From assembly GCA_041752695.1 (NCBI GenBank), contig JBGSVZ010000027.1:64001-128000 (forward strand): a DNA stretch of 64,000 nt. The letters are read 5' to 3'. Both the position numbers and the translations under genes were made by a program. The notes beneath the pieces are model-generated. The model saw only the letters and a program-made list of their open reading frames with translations. It ran no database searches and was not told the DNA's origin. The stretch's first letter is position 1. Each line of letters begins with the position of its first letter. Below, piece after piece: positions 1 through 11,629 of this stretch. The stretch is from Terrimicrobiaceae bacterium (lineage in GTDB: Bacteria > Verrucomicrobiota > Verrucomicrobiia > Chthoniobacterales > Terrimicrobiaceae).

Positions 1-52
1 CAAAAAATCCCCATCCGCCGCCAAATCCATCGCCCCTGACCGCGGCGAGGTC

Positions 53-1768
53 ATGGACGGCGCGGAGATCCTCGTCAGTTGCCTTGAGCGTGAGGGAGTG
101 GACGTGATTTTTGCCTACCCCGGTGGGGCCTCGATGCCGATTCACCAAGCACTGACCAAGTCGAAGAAGATCCGCACGATTTTGCCCCGTCACGAACAAG
201 GCGGCGTGTTTGCCGCGGAAGCCTACGGCCGGGTGACCGGGCGGGCGGGCGTTTGTATGGCGACCTCCGGCCCTGGCGCGACCAACCTCGTGACCGGCAT
301 CGCGGATGCCTTCATGGATTCCGTGCCGCTGGTGGCGATCACCGGCCAGGTCCCGCAGGAAATGATCGGCCGTGGCGCATTTCAGGAGACCGACATGTTC
401 GGCATGACGCTCCCCATCGTGAAACATAGCTACCTCGTGTGGGATATCTCCGAGATTCCCCGCATCGTGAAGGAAGCCTTTTACATCGCGGAAAGCGGCC
501 GTCCCGGTCCCGTGTTGATCGACATTCCGAAAAACATTCAGAACGCCAAAGCGCAGCCGATCTACCCGAAGGAAATCAACCTTCGTGGGTATCAGCCGAT
601 GAAAAAGGCCGACGATCTGGCGATTCAGGAAATGATCGGGATGATCGAGGCCGCCAAGAAGCCCGTCATCTATTGCGGCGGCGGCGTCATCACTGGCAAT
701 GCCTCGAAAGAGCTGATCGAATTCGCCGAGCGCACCCAGATTCCCGTGACCACCACCATCATGGGCGTGGGCGCCTTCCCGGAAACCCACCCACTTTCGC
801 TCAAGTGGCTCGGCATGCACGGCAGTGTTTATGCCAACAATGCCGCCAACGAGGCCGACCTGCTGCTCGCCATCGGCGTGCGGTTTGACGATCGCGTGAC
901 CGGCAACGTGAAGAAATTCTGCGAGCACGGCACGATCGTTCACATTGATATCGACAACTCCGAGCTGAACAAAAACAAGCTCGTGAAGCTGCCGATTCTC
1001 AGCGACCTCAAATACGCGCTGAGCCAGGCCAATGGCATCCTCACCAAAATGGGCAGGAAGCGCGTGGCCAAGGGGCAGACCCGTTTCCCGCAGTGGTATT
1101 CGCAGATTGCAAAGTGGAAAGCGGAGCATCCGTTTTCGTTCAAAGACACGGAAGACGCGATTCTTCCGCAATACGTCATCCGCGAGCTCTACAAACTCAC
1201 CAAGGGCGAGGCCATCATCACCACCGGTGTCGGCCAGCACCAGATGTGGGCCGGACAATTTTACGACTTCAAGGATCCCCGCACCTTCATCACCTCGGCC
1301 GGCCTCGGTTCCATGGGCTTCGGCTACCCCGCGGCAATGGGCGCAAAGGTGGCGTTCCCGGACAAACAGGTGGTGGATATCGACGGCGACGGCTCGTTCC
1401 TCATGAACGTGCAGGAGCTTGCCACCACCCACATTGAAGGCATCGCAGCGAAAGCCATTATCCTGAACAACCAGCATCTCGGCATGGTGGTGCAATGGGA
1501 AGATCGTTTCCATGGCAGCAACCGCGGCCACACGTTCCTCGGAGATCCCAAGGACCTGAATCGCATCTATCCCGACTACGTCGAGATCTGCAAGGGCTTC
1601 GGCGTCACATGCGAACGCGTGATCCACAAGAAGGATGTGCCCGCCGCCATCCAGCGTATGCTCGATTCCAAGGAGACCTACGTTCTCGACATCATGACTC
1701 CCTACACCGAGCACGTGTTGCCGATGATTCCGTCGGGCAAGACCTACAAGGACATCATCACGGAGTAG
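53..1768 (+). CDS. ilvB: Acetolactate synthase large subunit (biosynthetic)
   Basis: FAYPGGA, RHEQGG, ATSGPGATN and TPP-binding GDGS...NNQHLGMV motifs. The frame is open from position 2, so the true start may lie just outside the window. Confidence 0.95.
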   Translation: MDGAEILVSCLEREGVDVIFAYPGGASMPIHQALTKSKKIRTILPRHEQGGVFAAEAYGRVTGRAGVCMATSGPGATNLVTGIADAFMDSVPLVAITGQVPQEMIGRGAFQETDMFGMTLPIVKHSYLVWDISEIPRIVKEAFYIAESGRPGPVLIDIPKNIQNAKAQPIYPKEINLRGYQPMKKADDLAIQEMIGMIEAAKKPVIYCGGGVITGNASKELIEFAERTQIPVTTTIMGVGAFPETHPLSLKWLGMHGSVYANNAANEADLLLAIGVRFDDRVTGNVKKFCEHGTIVHIDIDNSELNKNKLVKLPILSDLKYALSQANGILTKMGRKRVAKGQTRFPQWYSQIAKWKAEHPFSFKDTEDAILPQYVIRELYKLTKGEAIITTGVGQHQMWAGQFYDFKDPRTFITSAGLGSMGFGYPAAMGAKVAFPDKQVVDIDGDGSFLMNVQELATTHIEGIAAKAIILNNQHLGMVVQWEDRFHGSNRGHTFLGDPKDLNRIYPDYVEICKGFGVTCERVIHKKDVPAAIQRMLDSKETYVLDIMTPYTEHVLPMIPSGKTYKDIITE

Positions 1769-1795
1769 GCGCCCCATTTGGGGCGTTGTTCCCGC

Positions 1796-1830
1796 TTGAA
1801 TGTTCAGAGTTGAGTGTTCAGCGTTCAACG
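1796..1830. repeat. Five degenerate tandem heptamers between convergent genes
   Basis: ttgaatg-ttcagag-ttgagtg-ttcagcg-ttcaacg, preceded by a CGCCCC/GGGGCG hairpin at 1770-1786. Confidence 0.6.
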
Positions 1831-1846
1831 TTTCCGCCGTAGGCGG

Positions 1847-2452
1847 TCACCGGAACTCCCCCCGCCGCGCATAAAACTCATACCGTGCCACGATGGCGGC
1901 GATGTAGTTCTTGGTCGCGGGAAAATCCATCGCCGTCTGCAGGTCCTCGGCGCCGGCCGTGGCGCCCCGACCGGAATCCACCACCCAGCGTTTCACGCGG
2001 GTGCGCCCGGCATTGTACTCCGCCAGCGCAAAGGGAACCGGATCGTCCTTCGACCCCCAATGGTCGAGAGCCTTTTTTAAATACCAGGTGCCAGCCTCGA
2101 TGTTCACCTTCGGATCGAAAAGATCCGTCGGCACAAAGGTCTCAATCTTCTCCGCCTTGGACCAGTCGGCCGCAGCTCCCTCAGTGATCTGCATGAGCCC
2201 GCGCTCCCCGTGCTGTCCGGTTTTGTCCGGGTAAAAGCGACTCTCCCGCCAGATCACCGCCTTGATGAGTTCCGGCGGCACGCCGTAGCGCTGGGACGCC
2301 CGGAGGACAAGATCGTCGTATTTCCCGAATCGCCGGGAAAAAACCAGCTCCTGCGCACGATATTCCGGGTCGTCGACGGTCATCCAAAAAATCCCCACAA
2401 CGGCCCCTCCAAGGACGGCGGCCAGGGCTATGGCGACGAGGATTTTTTTCAT
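1847..2452 (-). CDS. Membrane-anchored lytic transglycosylase (SLT domain)
   Basis: Only the C-terminal ~200 aa of the 925-aa ORF is plausible: MKKILVAIAL hydrophobic anchor, then AVIWRES, GLMQI and AEYNAG SLT motifs. Confidence 0.9.
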   Translation of the reverse strand: MKKILVAIALAAVLGGAVVGIFWMTVDDPEYRAQELVFSRRFGKYDDLVLRASQRYGVPPELIKAVIWRESRFYPDKTGQHGERGLMQITEGAAADWSKAEKIETFVPTDLFDPKVNIEAGTWYLKKALDHWGSKDDPVPFALAEYNAGRTRVKRWVVDSGRGATAGAEDLQTAMDFPATKNYIAAIVARYEFYARRGEFR

Positions 2453-2546
2453 GGGCGGCATCATGAAAGCACGTGCAGAGTGCCTCAGTCGATCCCGGAT
2501 CTTGCACACACGAGCTTCGAATGTGGGAAGGGAATTGCCTGGCTGT

Positions 2547-2602
2547 GTTGGAGGCCACGCTTTAGCGTGTCTTCCAGAGCAGCCTAAAGGCTGGACTCCA
2601 AC
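2547..2602. repeat. Inverted REP-like doublet
   Basis: GTTGGAGGCCACGC-TTTA-GCGTG ... CAGCC-TAAA-GGCTGGACTCCAAC: two inverted units, each with GGAG followed by a short hairpin. Confidence 0.7.
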
Positions 2603-2749
2603 GCCGGAGTTCCCGCGCTTTGGCGCTTCTGAGATCGGGCTACGCAGTTGAATGGCCGGGAGGCAATTCTCCGTGCCTTTGCCGCTTTTCCGACCCCGGC
2701 TCCGTTTGCTCCTGTTCAGCCAATACCCTTTTGAGGATAAATTCCCGCC

Positions 2750-4975
<2,226 letters not shown>

Positions 4976-4999
4976 CCCAACAACCACCAGCGCCCCGTA

Positions 5000-5058
5000 A
5001 CAATAAATGTCCCAGGTGGGACATTTATTGTAAACGGTGGAAACAGGACTCCGGGGTG
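5000..5058. repeat. Dispersed ~59-bp element with a 15-bp perfect palindrome (copy 1)
   Basis: ACAATAAATGTCCCA-gg-TGGGACATTTATTGT; 51/59 identical by hand count to 50653-50711. Confidence 0.85.
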
Positions 5059-5062
5059 ACGG

Positions 5063-7486
5063 TTGGGAACGAAGTCGGTGGACGAAACGGGCGGATCCCC
5101 TTTAATTGTCGCCGTGCATTTGCATCCCATCCCGCGCTTCCTGGCCCGCGCCCTTATCCGGGGCGTGTTGGTACTGCTTTTCATCGGGCTGCCGGCGGTG
5201 ATCCTGTATCTGCGCGAAGCGGGGCTGGGCTTTGGGCTGAAGGAACGCGTGGCCGAGGCCCTGAGTGGGAGCGAGTTTCAAACCACCATCGGCAAGCTCA
5301 CCTTTGACCCCTTCAACGGACTGATTGCCGATCGTGTGGAAATCAGTGCCCGCAATCCGCCGGGGGGAAATCTGGCCCGCATCGAACGCCTGGTGGTTTC
5401 CGCCAATCTCAGCGACCTGCTCGTTCGCAAGATCACGATCGACCACATCCGGCTGGACGAGACGGATGTCTCGGTGCCGCTCGATGCCACTCCCGGCAGC
5501 GCCCGTTTGAAACTCAACGGGGTCTCGGCGCAGTGCCTGTTTTTTTCCAATCAGATGCGCATCAGCTACTTTGAAGGCACCGTGCAGGGCGTGCGGGTGG
5601 TCCTGAGCGGGCTGCTGCAAAATCCCCAGGCGTTCAAGACCGAACCGCGCGGCGGAGGACCAGGCGGGCCGCCATCGCGCGCGGTCTTTTCGGAATGGCT
5701 CGACCGGTTTGCGGAAGTCCAGTTTTCCAACGCGCCCGAGCTACGGGCGGAAATTAACGGTGATCTGGCCGACCGCTCGACGATTGAGATTAGTCCGATC
5801 TCCCTGCGCAGCGGCGCGATCAATGGACCGCACTGGCGCATTGAGGGAATTGATCTGGAGGCGGAATATCGGGATGGCGGGCTTTCGGTGGAAAAATTTG
5901 TCGTGCACGGGAAGGGAGGCGAATTGAACGCAACCGCGGACTGGCGCGGTCAACGGCTGACTTTCGACGTGATGAGTTCCCTGGGTCTGGAGCCATTTTT
6001 CGGGCTGCTGCCGAAAGACTCGCCGGTCCGGCAGGTGAAATTTTCCGACGCACCGGTGGCTGCGGCTTCCGGCGTGGTTTCCTTTGCCTCCACTCCGGCA
6101 CAGGTGGAGGTGATGGGTTCCGCCGCACTCGGGAAGTTTTCCTATCGCGGCGTGAAATTCGACAGCTTCTCCACGGATTTCGCCATGCGCGACGGGAGAG
6201 TTTATTCCCGTGGCGCCAAGCTGACGGCGGGGGGCGGTGAGTTTGAGGCTGACGTGCTGTACGCGCCGGGCGATTTCCGGGTGCGGTTCAAAAACTCCAT
6301 CGTGCCGACGGTGTTCCTCCCGCTGCTGGGGGAGAAGGAGCGGGAGTTTCTCAGCAAGATGGAGTTTCGCGACACGCCATTTGTGCAATTCGAACTGCGG
6401 GGATCGAAGCCGGATCTGGCTTTCATCAAGGGCAGTGGGCTTTTGCGCCTCGGCCGAACCGCGGTGCGGGATTCGTGGATGGACCGCATCGAGTCAAAAT
6501 TCGAGATCGCGGACAGTGCCTTTGTTTACCGCAACTTCACCATCAGCCGCGGCAAGGGGCAGGCGACCGGAACCTTTGTTTATGATATCGGACGCCGGGA
6601 AGTGCGGTTGGAAGGCGTGAAGTCCACCCTGCCGCCTGTGGAGGTGATGATGTGGGTGGATCCCAAGATTGCGGATTCCATCCGGCCATACCGGTTTCGT
6701 CAGCCGCCGCTGGTTCTGGCCGACGGGATGATCCATCTCAAGGATGCCGACAAAAACAACCTTGCACTGAAGATCGATTCCCAGGAGGGGCTCGATTACG
6801 ACCTTCTGAACCGCACCCTCAAATTCGGCCGCACCCTGGCCAGCGTGGATATCAAGGGCAAAAGGCTCCTGGCCAATGTGAAAAGCGCGAAACTGATGGG
6901 CGGAGAGGCCGCCATTCGTGCCGACGTTTCCATCGACGACAAGAACCCGGTCTTTTCCGCCGACCTTGATGTAAAGAGGGTGGATTTCGCCAAGCTGACC
7001 AAACTCTACTTTGATTATGACGACTCCATGGGTGCGATGAGCGGGAAATTCCGGTTTGCGGCGCGCATGAAGGAGGAGGAAAAAATGCGCGGAGAGGGCA
7101 GCATTCGCGTGGAGGAGGGCCAGGTCTTTGCGATTCCGATCTTGGGTCCGCTTTCGGACATCATCAACAAAATCATCCCGAAGGCCGGCTACCAAACGGC
7201 CAGCCTGGCGACGGCGGATTTTAAAATCGGCGAAGAAAAAATCACCACCGACAACCTCGAGATCGAGGGGGCGGGATTCAGCATGTTCGGCAGCGGCGAC
7301 ATCTTTTTTATGAAAGATCGCATGAACATGTCGGTGCGAATCAATGCGCGCGGACTTCCGGGCATCGTGCTTTTTCCGGTGAGCAAACTTTTCGAGTATG
7401 TTTCAACCGGTTCGGCCTCCAAGCCGGAGTGGAAACCGAAGATGATTCCGCGCTTCGGCAATGGAGAACAAAAAGCCACGCCCTGA
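5063..7486 (+). CDS. AsmA-like envelope protein (AsmA_2 C-terminal region)
   Basis: N-terminal TM helix, a long beta-rich body and the C-terminal pattern GEGSIRVEEGQVFAIPILGPL...FEYVSTGSASKPEWKP. Start uncertain (alternative GTG near 5114). Confidence 0.7.
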   Translation: MGTKSVDETGGSPLIVAVHLHPIPRFLARALIRGVLVLLFIGLPAVILYLREAGLGFGLKERVAEALSGSEFQTTIGKLTFDPFNGLIADRVEISARNPPGGNLARIERLVVSANLSDLLVRKITIDHIRLDETDVSVPLDATPGSARLKLNGVSAQCLFFSNQMRISYFEGTVQGVRVVLSGLLQNPQAFKTEPRGGGPGGPPSRAVFSEWLDRFAEVQFSNAPELRAEINGDLADRSTIEISPISLRSGAINGPHWRIEGIDLEAEYRDGGLSVEKFVVHGKGGELNATADWRGQRLTFDVMSSLGLEPFFGLLPKDSPVRQVKFSDAPVAAASGVVSFASTPAQVEVMGSAALGKFSYRGVKFDSFSTDFAMRDGRVYSRGAKLTAGGGEFEADVLYAPGDFRVRFKNSIVPTVFLPLLGEKEREFLSKMEFRDTPFVQFELRGSKPDLAFIKGSGLLRLGRTAVRDSWMDRIESKFEIADSAFVYRNFTISRGKGQATGTFVYDIGRREVRLEGVKSTLPPVEVMMWVDPKIADSIRPYRFRQPPLVLADGMIHLKDADKNNLALKIDSQEGLDYDLLNRTLKFGRTLASVDIKGKRLLANVKSAKLMGGEAAIRADVSIDDKNPVFSADLDVKRVDFAKLTKLYFDYDDSMGAMSGKFRFAARMKEEEKMRGEGSIRVEEGQVFAIPILGPLSDIINKIIPKAGYQTASLATADFKIGEEKITTDNLEIEGAGFSMFGSGDIFFMKDRMNMSVRINARGLPGIVLFPVSKLFEYVSTGSASKPEWKPKMIPRFGNGEQKATP

Positions 7487-7503
7487 GACAGGGCGTGGCT
7501 TTT
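7471..7503. terminator. Bidirectional intrinsic terminator
   Basis: Perfect 15-bp stem AAAAGCCACGCCCTG-aga-CAGGGCGTGGCTTTT between the convergent AsmA-like gene and rpsR. Confidence 0.85.
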
Positions 7504-7537
7504 GGCAAAGGACGATTTTCGCGGCGGACCGCGAAGT

Positions 7538-7777
7538 TTATTTCATCAAGAGAGCCGCGCGGGAGCGTTTGATCTCGCGGGTGATCTTGCGATGCAGGCT
7601 GGCGGACATGCCGGTGACGCGACGGGGAATGATCTTCCCGCTCTCGGTCACGAAGCGCTTGAGAAGCTCCGGGTTCTTGTAATCGATCGCTTCCGCGGAC
7701 AGGTCGGTGCGGCGGCGGGGCATCGTGCGGTTGGCACGACGAAAAGCGGAACGGCGTTTGGGTGTTTTCGGCTGCAT
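7538..7777 (-). CDS. rpsR: 30S ribosomal protein S18 (no Zn-binding cysteines)
   Basis: [26 protein letters not shown]...IKRSR signature. Confidence 0.96.
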   Translation of the reverse strand: MQPKTPKRRSAFRRANRTMPRRRTDLSAEAIDYKNPELLKRFVTESGKIIPRRVTGMSASLHRKITREIKRSRAALLMK

Positions 7778-7779
7778 GG

Positions 7780-7953
7780 TTATTTAATCTCGCGGTGGAG
7801 AGTATGGCGGCGGAGGGCCGGGTTGTATTTTTTCTTTTCGAGCCGGTTGGGGGTCTGCGGGCTCTTCTTATTGCGCGTGGTCATGTAGCGCGAGGGCGAT
7901 TTGCCTTCGGCGCGGGCCTCGGTGCATTCGAGGGTGACGATATCTTGTGCCAT
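7780..7953 (-). CDS. rpmG: 50S ribosomal protein L33 (57 aa, below the ORF-track cutoff)
   Basis: Manual translation: [57 protein letters not shown]. Confidence 0.95.
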   Translation of the reverse strand: MAQDIVTLECTEARAEGKSPSRYMTTRNKKSPQTPNRLEKKKYNPALRRHTLHREIK

Positions 7954-8055
7954 GATGTTGTGGAGTGAGGAGTGAAGGTGATGGTGAAAGTGTGAATTCG
8001 CCGCTTGGCGGCCATTATTCCCCTTTCACTCTCACTTTCCCCTTCATTGTTTGGG

Positions 8056-8697
8056 TTAGTCCTTTGTGTCTGTGTTGCTGTCGTCGTCGTCCCCTTCGCC
8101 TTCTTCGTCCGAAAGGCCGAAGAGTGAGGTGACGGGTTGGCGAACGCGTTGGAAGCGGTTGCGTTTTTCGAGTTCCGCCTGGCATTCGACAGTGTAGCGA
8201 GTGAACGGGAGCGCTTCCAGCCGGGCGTGCGGAATGGGTTTGCCCGACATTTCGCAGACGCCGTAGGAACCGGCCTCCACGCGTTTGAGCGCCTCGTCGA
8301 TTTCGTAAAGGGAGTCCTGTTCCTGGGAAAGGAGGCTGAGAGCGAAGTCGCGGTCGTAGGCGTCGCTGCCAGCATCAGCTTGGTGCATGCCGAAGGCGCT
8401 GGCTTCGCTGCCTTCTGCCCGGGAGCGAAGACTGTCCTTGGCAACTCCGTTCATGGAGTCGAGGAGGGTATCCTTCAGGGCCAGGAGTTTGCCTCGTTGT
8501 TGTTCGAGAAATGGGGTGAGTTTTACCTCGGTTTTTTTGGTCACAGCAGGCTTGGAGACAGTTTTTTTAGCGGCCGATTTGGCCGGCTTCTGGGCGGATG
8601 CGGGCTTTTTCGACACGACGGATTTGCCTGCCGGCTTCGCTTTCGCGTTGCTCGATGTGGGCTTGGCCTTGGGGGAGGTGTTCTTCTTGCTCGCCAT
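8056..8697 (-). CDS. TraR/DksA-family transcription factor with Lys/Ala-rich N-terminal tail
   Basis: HQADAGSD coiled-coil tip and EIDEALKRVEAGSYGVCEMSGKPIPHARLEALPFTRYTVEC. Confidence 0.9.
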   Translation of the reverse strand: MASKKNTSPKAKPTSSNAKAKPAGKSVVSKKPASAQKPAKSAAKKTVSKPAVTKKTEVKLTPFLEQQRGKLLALKDTLLDSMNGVAKDSLRSRAEGSEASAFGMHQADAGSDAYDRDFALSLLSQEQDSLYEIDEALKRVEAGSYGVCEMSGKPIPHARLEALPFTRYTVECQAELEKRNRFQRVRQPVTSLFGLSDEEGEGDDDDSNTDTKD

Positions 8698-8882
8698 TTT
8701 GGGTCAGTTGAAAAGGGGCGAATAAGTAGCCTCTTCCCATGAGCAGTGCAAGAGGATTCTTCCCGGTTGTCGGCAACGGTGCAAATGAGGACACCGGCTT
8801 GGTCGGCGAAGGACCTCAAAAAACGCGGGGACAACAGGCTCCAGTCGGCATCGGGAAGATTCACCCCAATGCCGCTTGCGGC

Positions 8883-10103
8883 TTAAAAGAGCATCAACGC
8901 CGGATTCTCCACCAACTTGCGCAGGGTGGAGAGGTATTCGGCTCCGACGGCCCCATCGACCACCCGGTGGTCGCCGCTGAGGGAGATATTCATGCGTTCG
9001 CCTACCACGATCTCTTCCTTGGAATTGACCACGGGTTTTTTCACGATGGCACCGACCGCGAGGATCGCGGCCTGGGGCGGGTTGATGATGGCGAAAAATT
9101 GCTCGATGCCGTAAGCGCCGAGGTTTGAAACGGTGATCGTCCCGCCGGCGTATTCCTCCGGTTTCAGCTTCTTGTCGCGGGCCCGCTTGGCGAGGTCCTT
9201 GACGGTAGCGCTGATTTCCTTGAGGGACATTTTATCCGCGCCGCGAATCACCGGGGTGACGAGGCCATCCTCCACCGCGATGGCGACGGAGATGTTGACG
9301 CTGGCGTATTGGATGATCGAGTCGCCGCCCCAGGAGGCGTTGACGTAGGGATGCTGCCCTGCGGCCCGGCCGACGGCGAGCAGGACAAAATCGTTCACCG
9401 TAAGCTTCGGCAGACCGGCGGATTCGTTGGCGCTGTTGAGTTCCTTGCGGAGGCGCATGAGCGGTCCGGCATCGACTTCGATGGAGAGATAAAAATGCGG
9501 GTTCTGCTGTTTGCTGGCGACGAGGCGCTCGGCGATAACACGGCGCATGTTCGAAAGCGGCACCTTGGTGTCGTCGTCGCCTGCTTTCGCTTCGATCTTT
9601 GGGGCGGACGAGGGGGCGGCGGGAGCCGCGCCTTTTTCGGGCACATCTTTCGACGTGACCCGGCCACCAGGGCCGGTGCCGGCCACGCCGGACAACGATA
9701 CGCCCCGTTCGGCGGCGATTTTTTTCGCCAGCGGGGAAGCTTTGACGCGCGAATCGCCTGTGGGAATCGCGGCGGCAGGTTTGCTGTCTTTTGAGACTTC
9801 CGCAGGTTTGTCCGCCGCCTTGGTTTCCGATTTGGCGGGAGCTTCCGCGGGGCTGTCGGCGGATTCGCCTTCGGCAAGTACAAGGGCGATCCTGGCGCCC
9901 ACGGCGGCCTTGCCACCATCAGGGACAAAGATCTCGGTGAGCACACCGTCGTCAAAACATTCCATCTCCATGGTTGCCTTGTCGGTTTCGATTTCGGCGA
10001 GGATGTCACCAGCTTCGATGGTGTCTCCTTTCTTTTTTTTCCAGCGCGCGATGGTCCCTTCGGTCATCGTGTCGCTCAATTTGGGCATGGTGATGGCAGG
10101 CAT
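8883..10103 (-). CDS. pdhC: Pyruvate dehydrogenase E2 dihydrolipoamide acetyltransferase
   Basis: Lipoyl motif EIETDKATME, E3-binding KASPLAKK..GTGPGGRV, catalytic DHRVVDG. Confidence 0.95.
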   Translation of the reverse strand: MPAITMPKLSDTMTEGTIARWKKKKGDTIEAGDILAEIETDKATMEMECFDDGVLTEIFVPDGGKAAVGARIALVLAEGESADSPAEAPAKSETKAADKPAEVSKDSKPAAAIPTGDSRVKASPLAKKIAAERGVSLSGVAGTGPGGRVTSKDVPEKGAAPAAPSSAPKIEAKAGDDDTKVPLSNMRRVIAERLVASKQQNPHFYLSIEVDAGPLMRLRKELNSANESAGLPKLTVNDFVLLAVGRAAGQHPYVNASWGGDSIIQYASVNISVAIAVEDGLVTPVIRGADKMSLKEISATVKDLAKRARDKKLKPEEYAGGTITVSNLGAYGIEQFFAIINPPQAAILAVGAIVKKPVVNSKEEIVVGERMNISLSGDHRVVDGAVGAEYLSTLRKLVENPALMLF

Positions 10104-10152
10104 GAAAAGATGGTAGAGGTCAGAAATCGGTTGGACAGTCCCTTTTTGGCGA

Positions 10153-11127
10153 TCAGCAAATCTCCTTCACCTTCTTGATGATCCGGTCAGGAGTCGGAAG
10201 TTGGAGAGGCTCGACGGCCGGGGAATAAATCGCCGGGGCGTCGAGGGAACAAACCCGACCCACGGGGGCGTCGAGGTCGTCGAAGGCCAGTTCCATGAGC
10301 ATGGAGGAGATCTGAGCAGAGACGCCGCAGAAGGGTTTGTTCTCATCCACCAGGACGGCGCGGTGAGTCTTGCGCACCGAGGCGAGGACGGTTTCTTCGT
10401 CGAGCGGGCGAATCGAGCGGAGATCCACCACTTCGGCACTGATGTCGTGCTCGGCGGCCAGAATTTCCGCGGCCTTGAGGGCGGTGAGCACGGCCCGACC
10501 GTGGGCGATGAGGGACACGTCCGTGCCTTCGCGCTTCACGTCGGCGAGACCGAGCGGGATGAGATATTCTTCCTCGGGCACTTCGTATTTATCCCCATAG
10601 AGAAGGGTGTTTTCCATGAACATCACAGGGTCGTTGTCCCGGATGGCGGTTTTCATCAGGCCTTTGGCGTCGTAGGCATTGGCGGCACTCACGACCTTGA
10701 GACCAGGAATGGCGGCGAGCCAGTTTTCCGGGGTGTGGGAGTGGGTGGCTCCAACATTGGTGCCGCCGTTGGCGGGGCCACGAATCACGATGGGGCAGTT
10801 GATCAACCCGCCGCTCATGTAGCGGATCTGTCCGGCATTGTTGACAATCTGATCGTACGCAACGGTGGCAAAACTCCAGAACATCAGCTCCATCACAGGA
10901 CGGAGGCCAAGCATCGACGCCCCGACGCCCATCCCGATGAAAGCGGCTTCGCTGATGGGCGTGTCCATCACGCGCTTGTCGCCGTATTTTTTCCACAGAC
11001 CGCGGGTCACCTTGTAGGCTCCGTCGTATTGAGCGACCTCTTCGCCGATGAGGACGACGTTCGGGTCGCGTTCGATTTCCTCGGCAAACGCCTGGTTCAA
11101 TGCATCGCGGTATTCAATCAGTGGCAT
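10153..11127 (-). CDS. pdhB: Pyruvate dehydrogenase E1 beta subunit
   Basis: Start MPLIEYRDAL; GEEVAQYDGAYKVT, DTPISE and DLRSIRPLD motifs. Confidence 0.95.
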   Translation of the reverse strand: MPLIEYRDALNQAFAEEIERDPNVVLIGEEVAQYDGAYKVTRGLWKKYGDKRVMDTPISEAAFIGMGVGASMLGLRPVMELMFWSFATVAYDQIVNNAGQIRYMSGGLINCPIVIRGPANGGTNVGATHSHTPENWLAAIPGLKVVSAANAYDAKGLMKTAIRDNDPVMFMENTLLYGDKYEVPEEEYLIPLGLADVKREGTDVSLIAHGRAVLTALKAAEILAAEHDISAEVVDLRSIRPLDEETVLASVRKTHRAVLVDENKPFCGVSAQISSMLMELAFDDLDAPVGRVCSLDAPAIYSPAVEPLQLPTPDRIIKKVKEIC

Positions 11128-11143
11128 GGCAGTGGGTGGGCCG

Positions 11144-11617
11144 CTAGTGCATGCAGCCCATGTAGATTTTGGTTTTTTTGGCGTAGGCGGTGGGAGCCCA
11201 TTTGGCAAAGCGTTTGATTTGCGCCTGGGCTTCCTTCGCAGATTCGTAAACTCCGGCGACGACCATGTAATAGCCTGGCTTAAAACCGTCGTATCCGTCG
11301 GAGCGTTCCACGGAGAGATATTCGGTCTCGCGGTCCTTGATCAGGGCCTGGTTGTAACGCCGGGCCACGTATTGTCCGGCAAACACTTCGTCGTCGAAAT
11401 TGTCGGGATAGATCAGGCCCCGTTTTTTGTCAAAAACCCGTCCCTCCATGAAAAAGGAAACGTTGCTTTTGGCGGCAATTTTCTCCGCGTCGGCTTTCGC
11501 GTCCTTGAAAGATTCGTAGACAGAGAGGATGGCGACCCAGCGGTTCTCGACGAACTCGGCCTCCTGCGCGTGGACGCAGGGCAACAAGAAGAGAAGTGCC
11601 AGGATCGCGAGACGCAT
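11144..11617 (-). CDS. Secreted hypothetical protein with a SPOR-like C-terminus
   Basis: Signal peptide MRLAILALLFLLPCVHA; YYMVVAGVYESAKEAQAQ resembles a SPOR half-domain. Confidence 0.65.
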   Translation of the reverse strand: MRLAILALLFLLPCVHAQEAEFVENRWVAILSVYESFKDAKADAEKIAAKSNVSFFMEGRVFDKKRGLIYPDNFDDEVFAGQYVARRYNQALIKDRETEYLSVERSDGYDGFKPGYYMVVAGVYESAKEAQAQIKRFAKWAPTAYAKKTKIYMGCMH

Positions 11618-11629
11618 CGGTGACGCGAA

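Noticed and set aside
5000..5031. Palindrome as a CRISPR repeat or dif site
   Set aside because: There are only two copies, 45 kb apart, with no spacers or cas genes, and it does not fit the 11-6-11 XerC/D layout.
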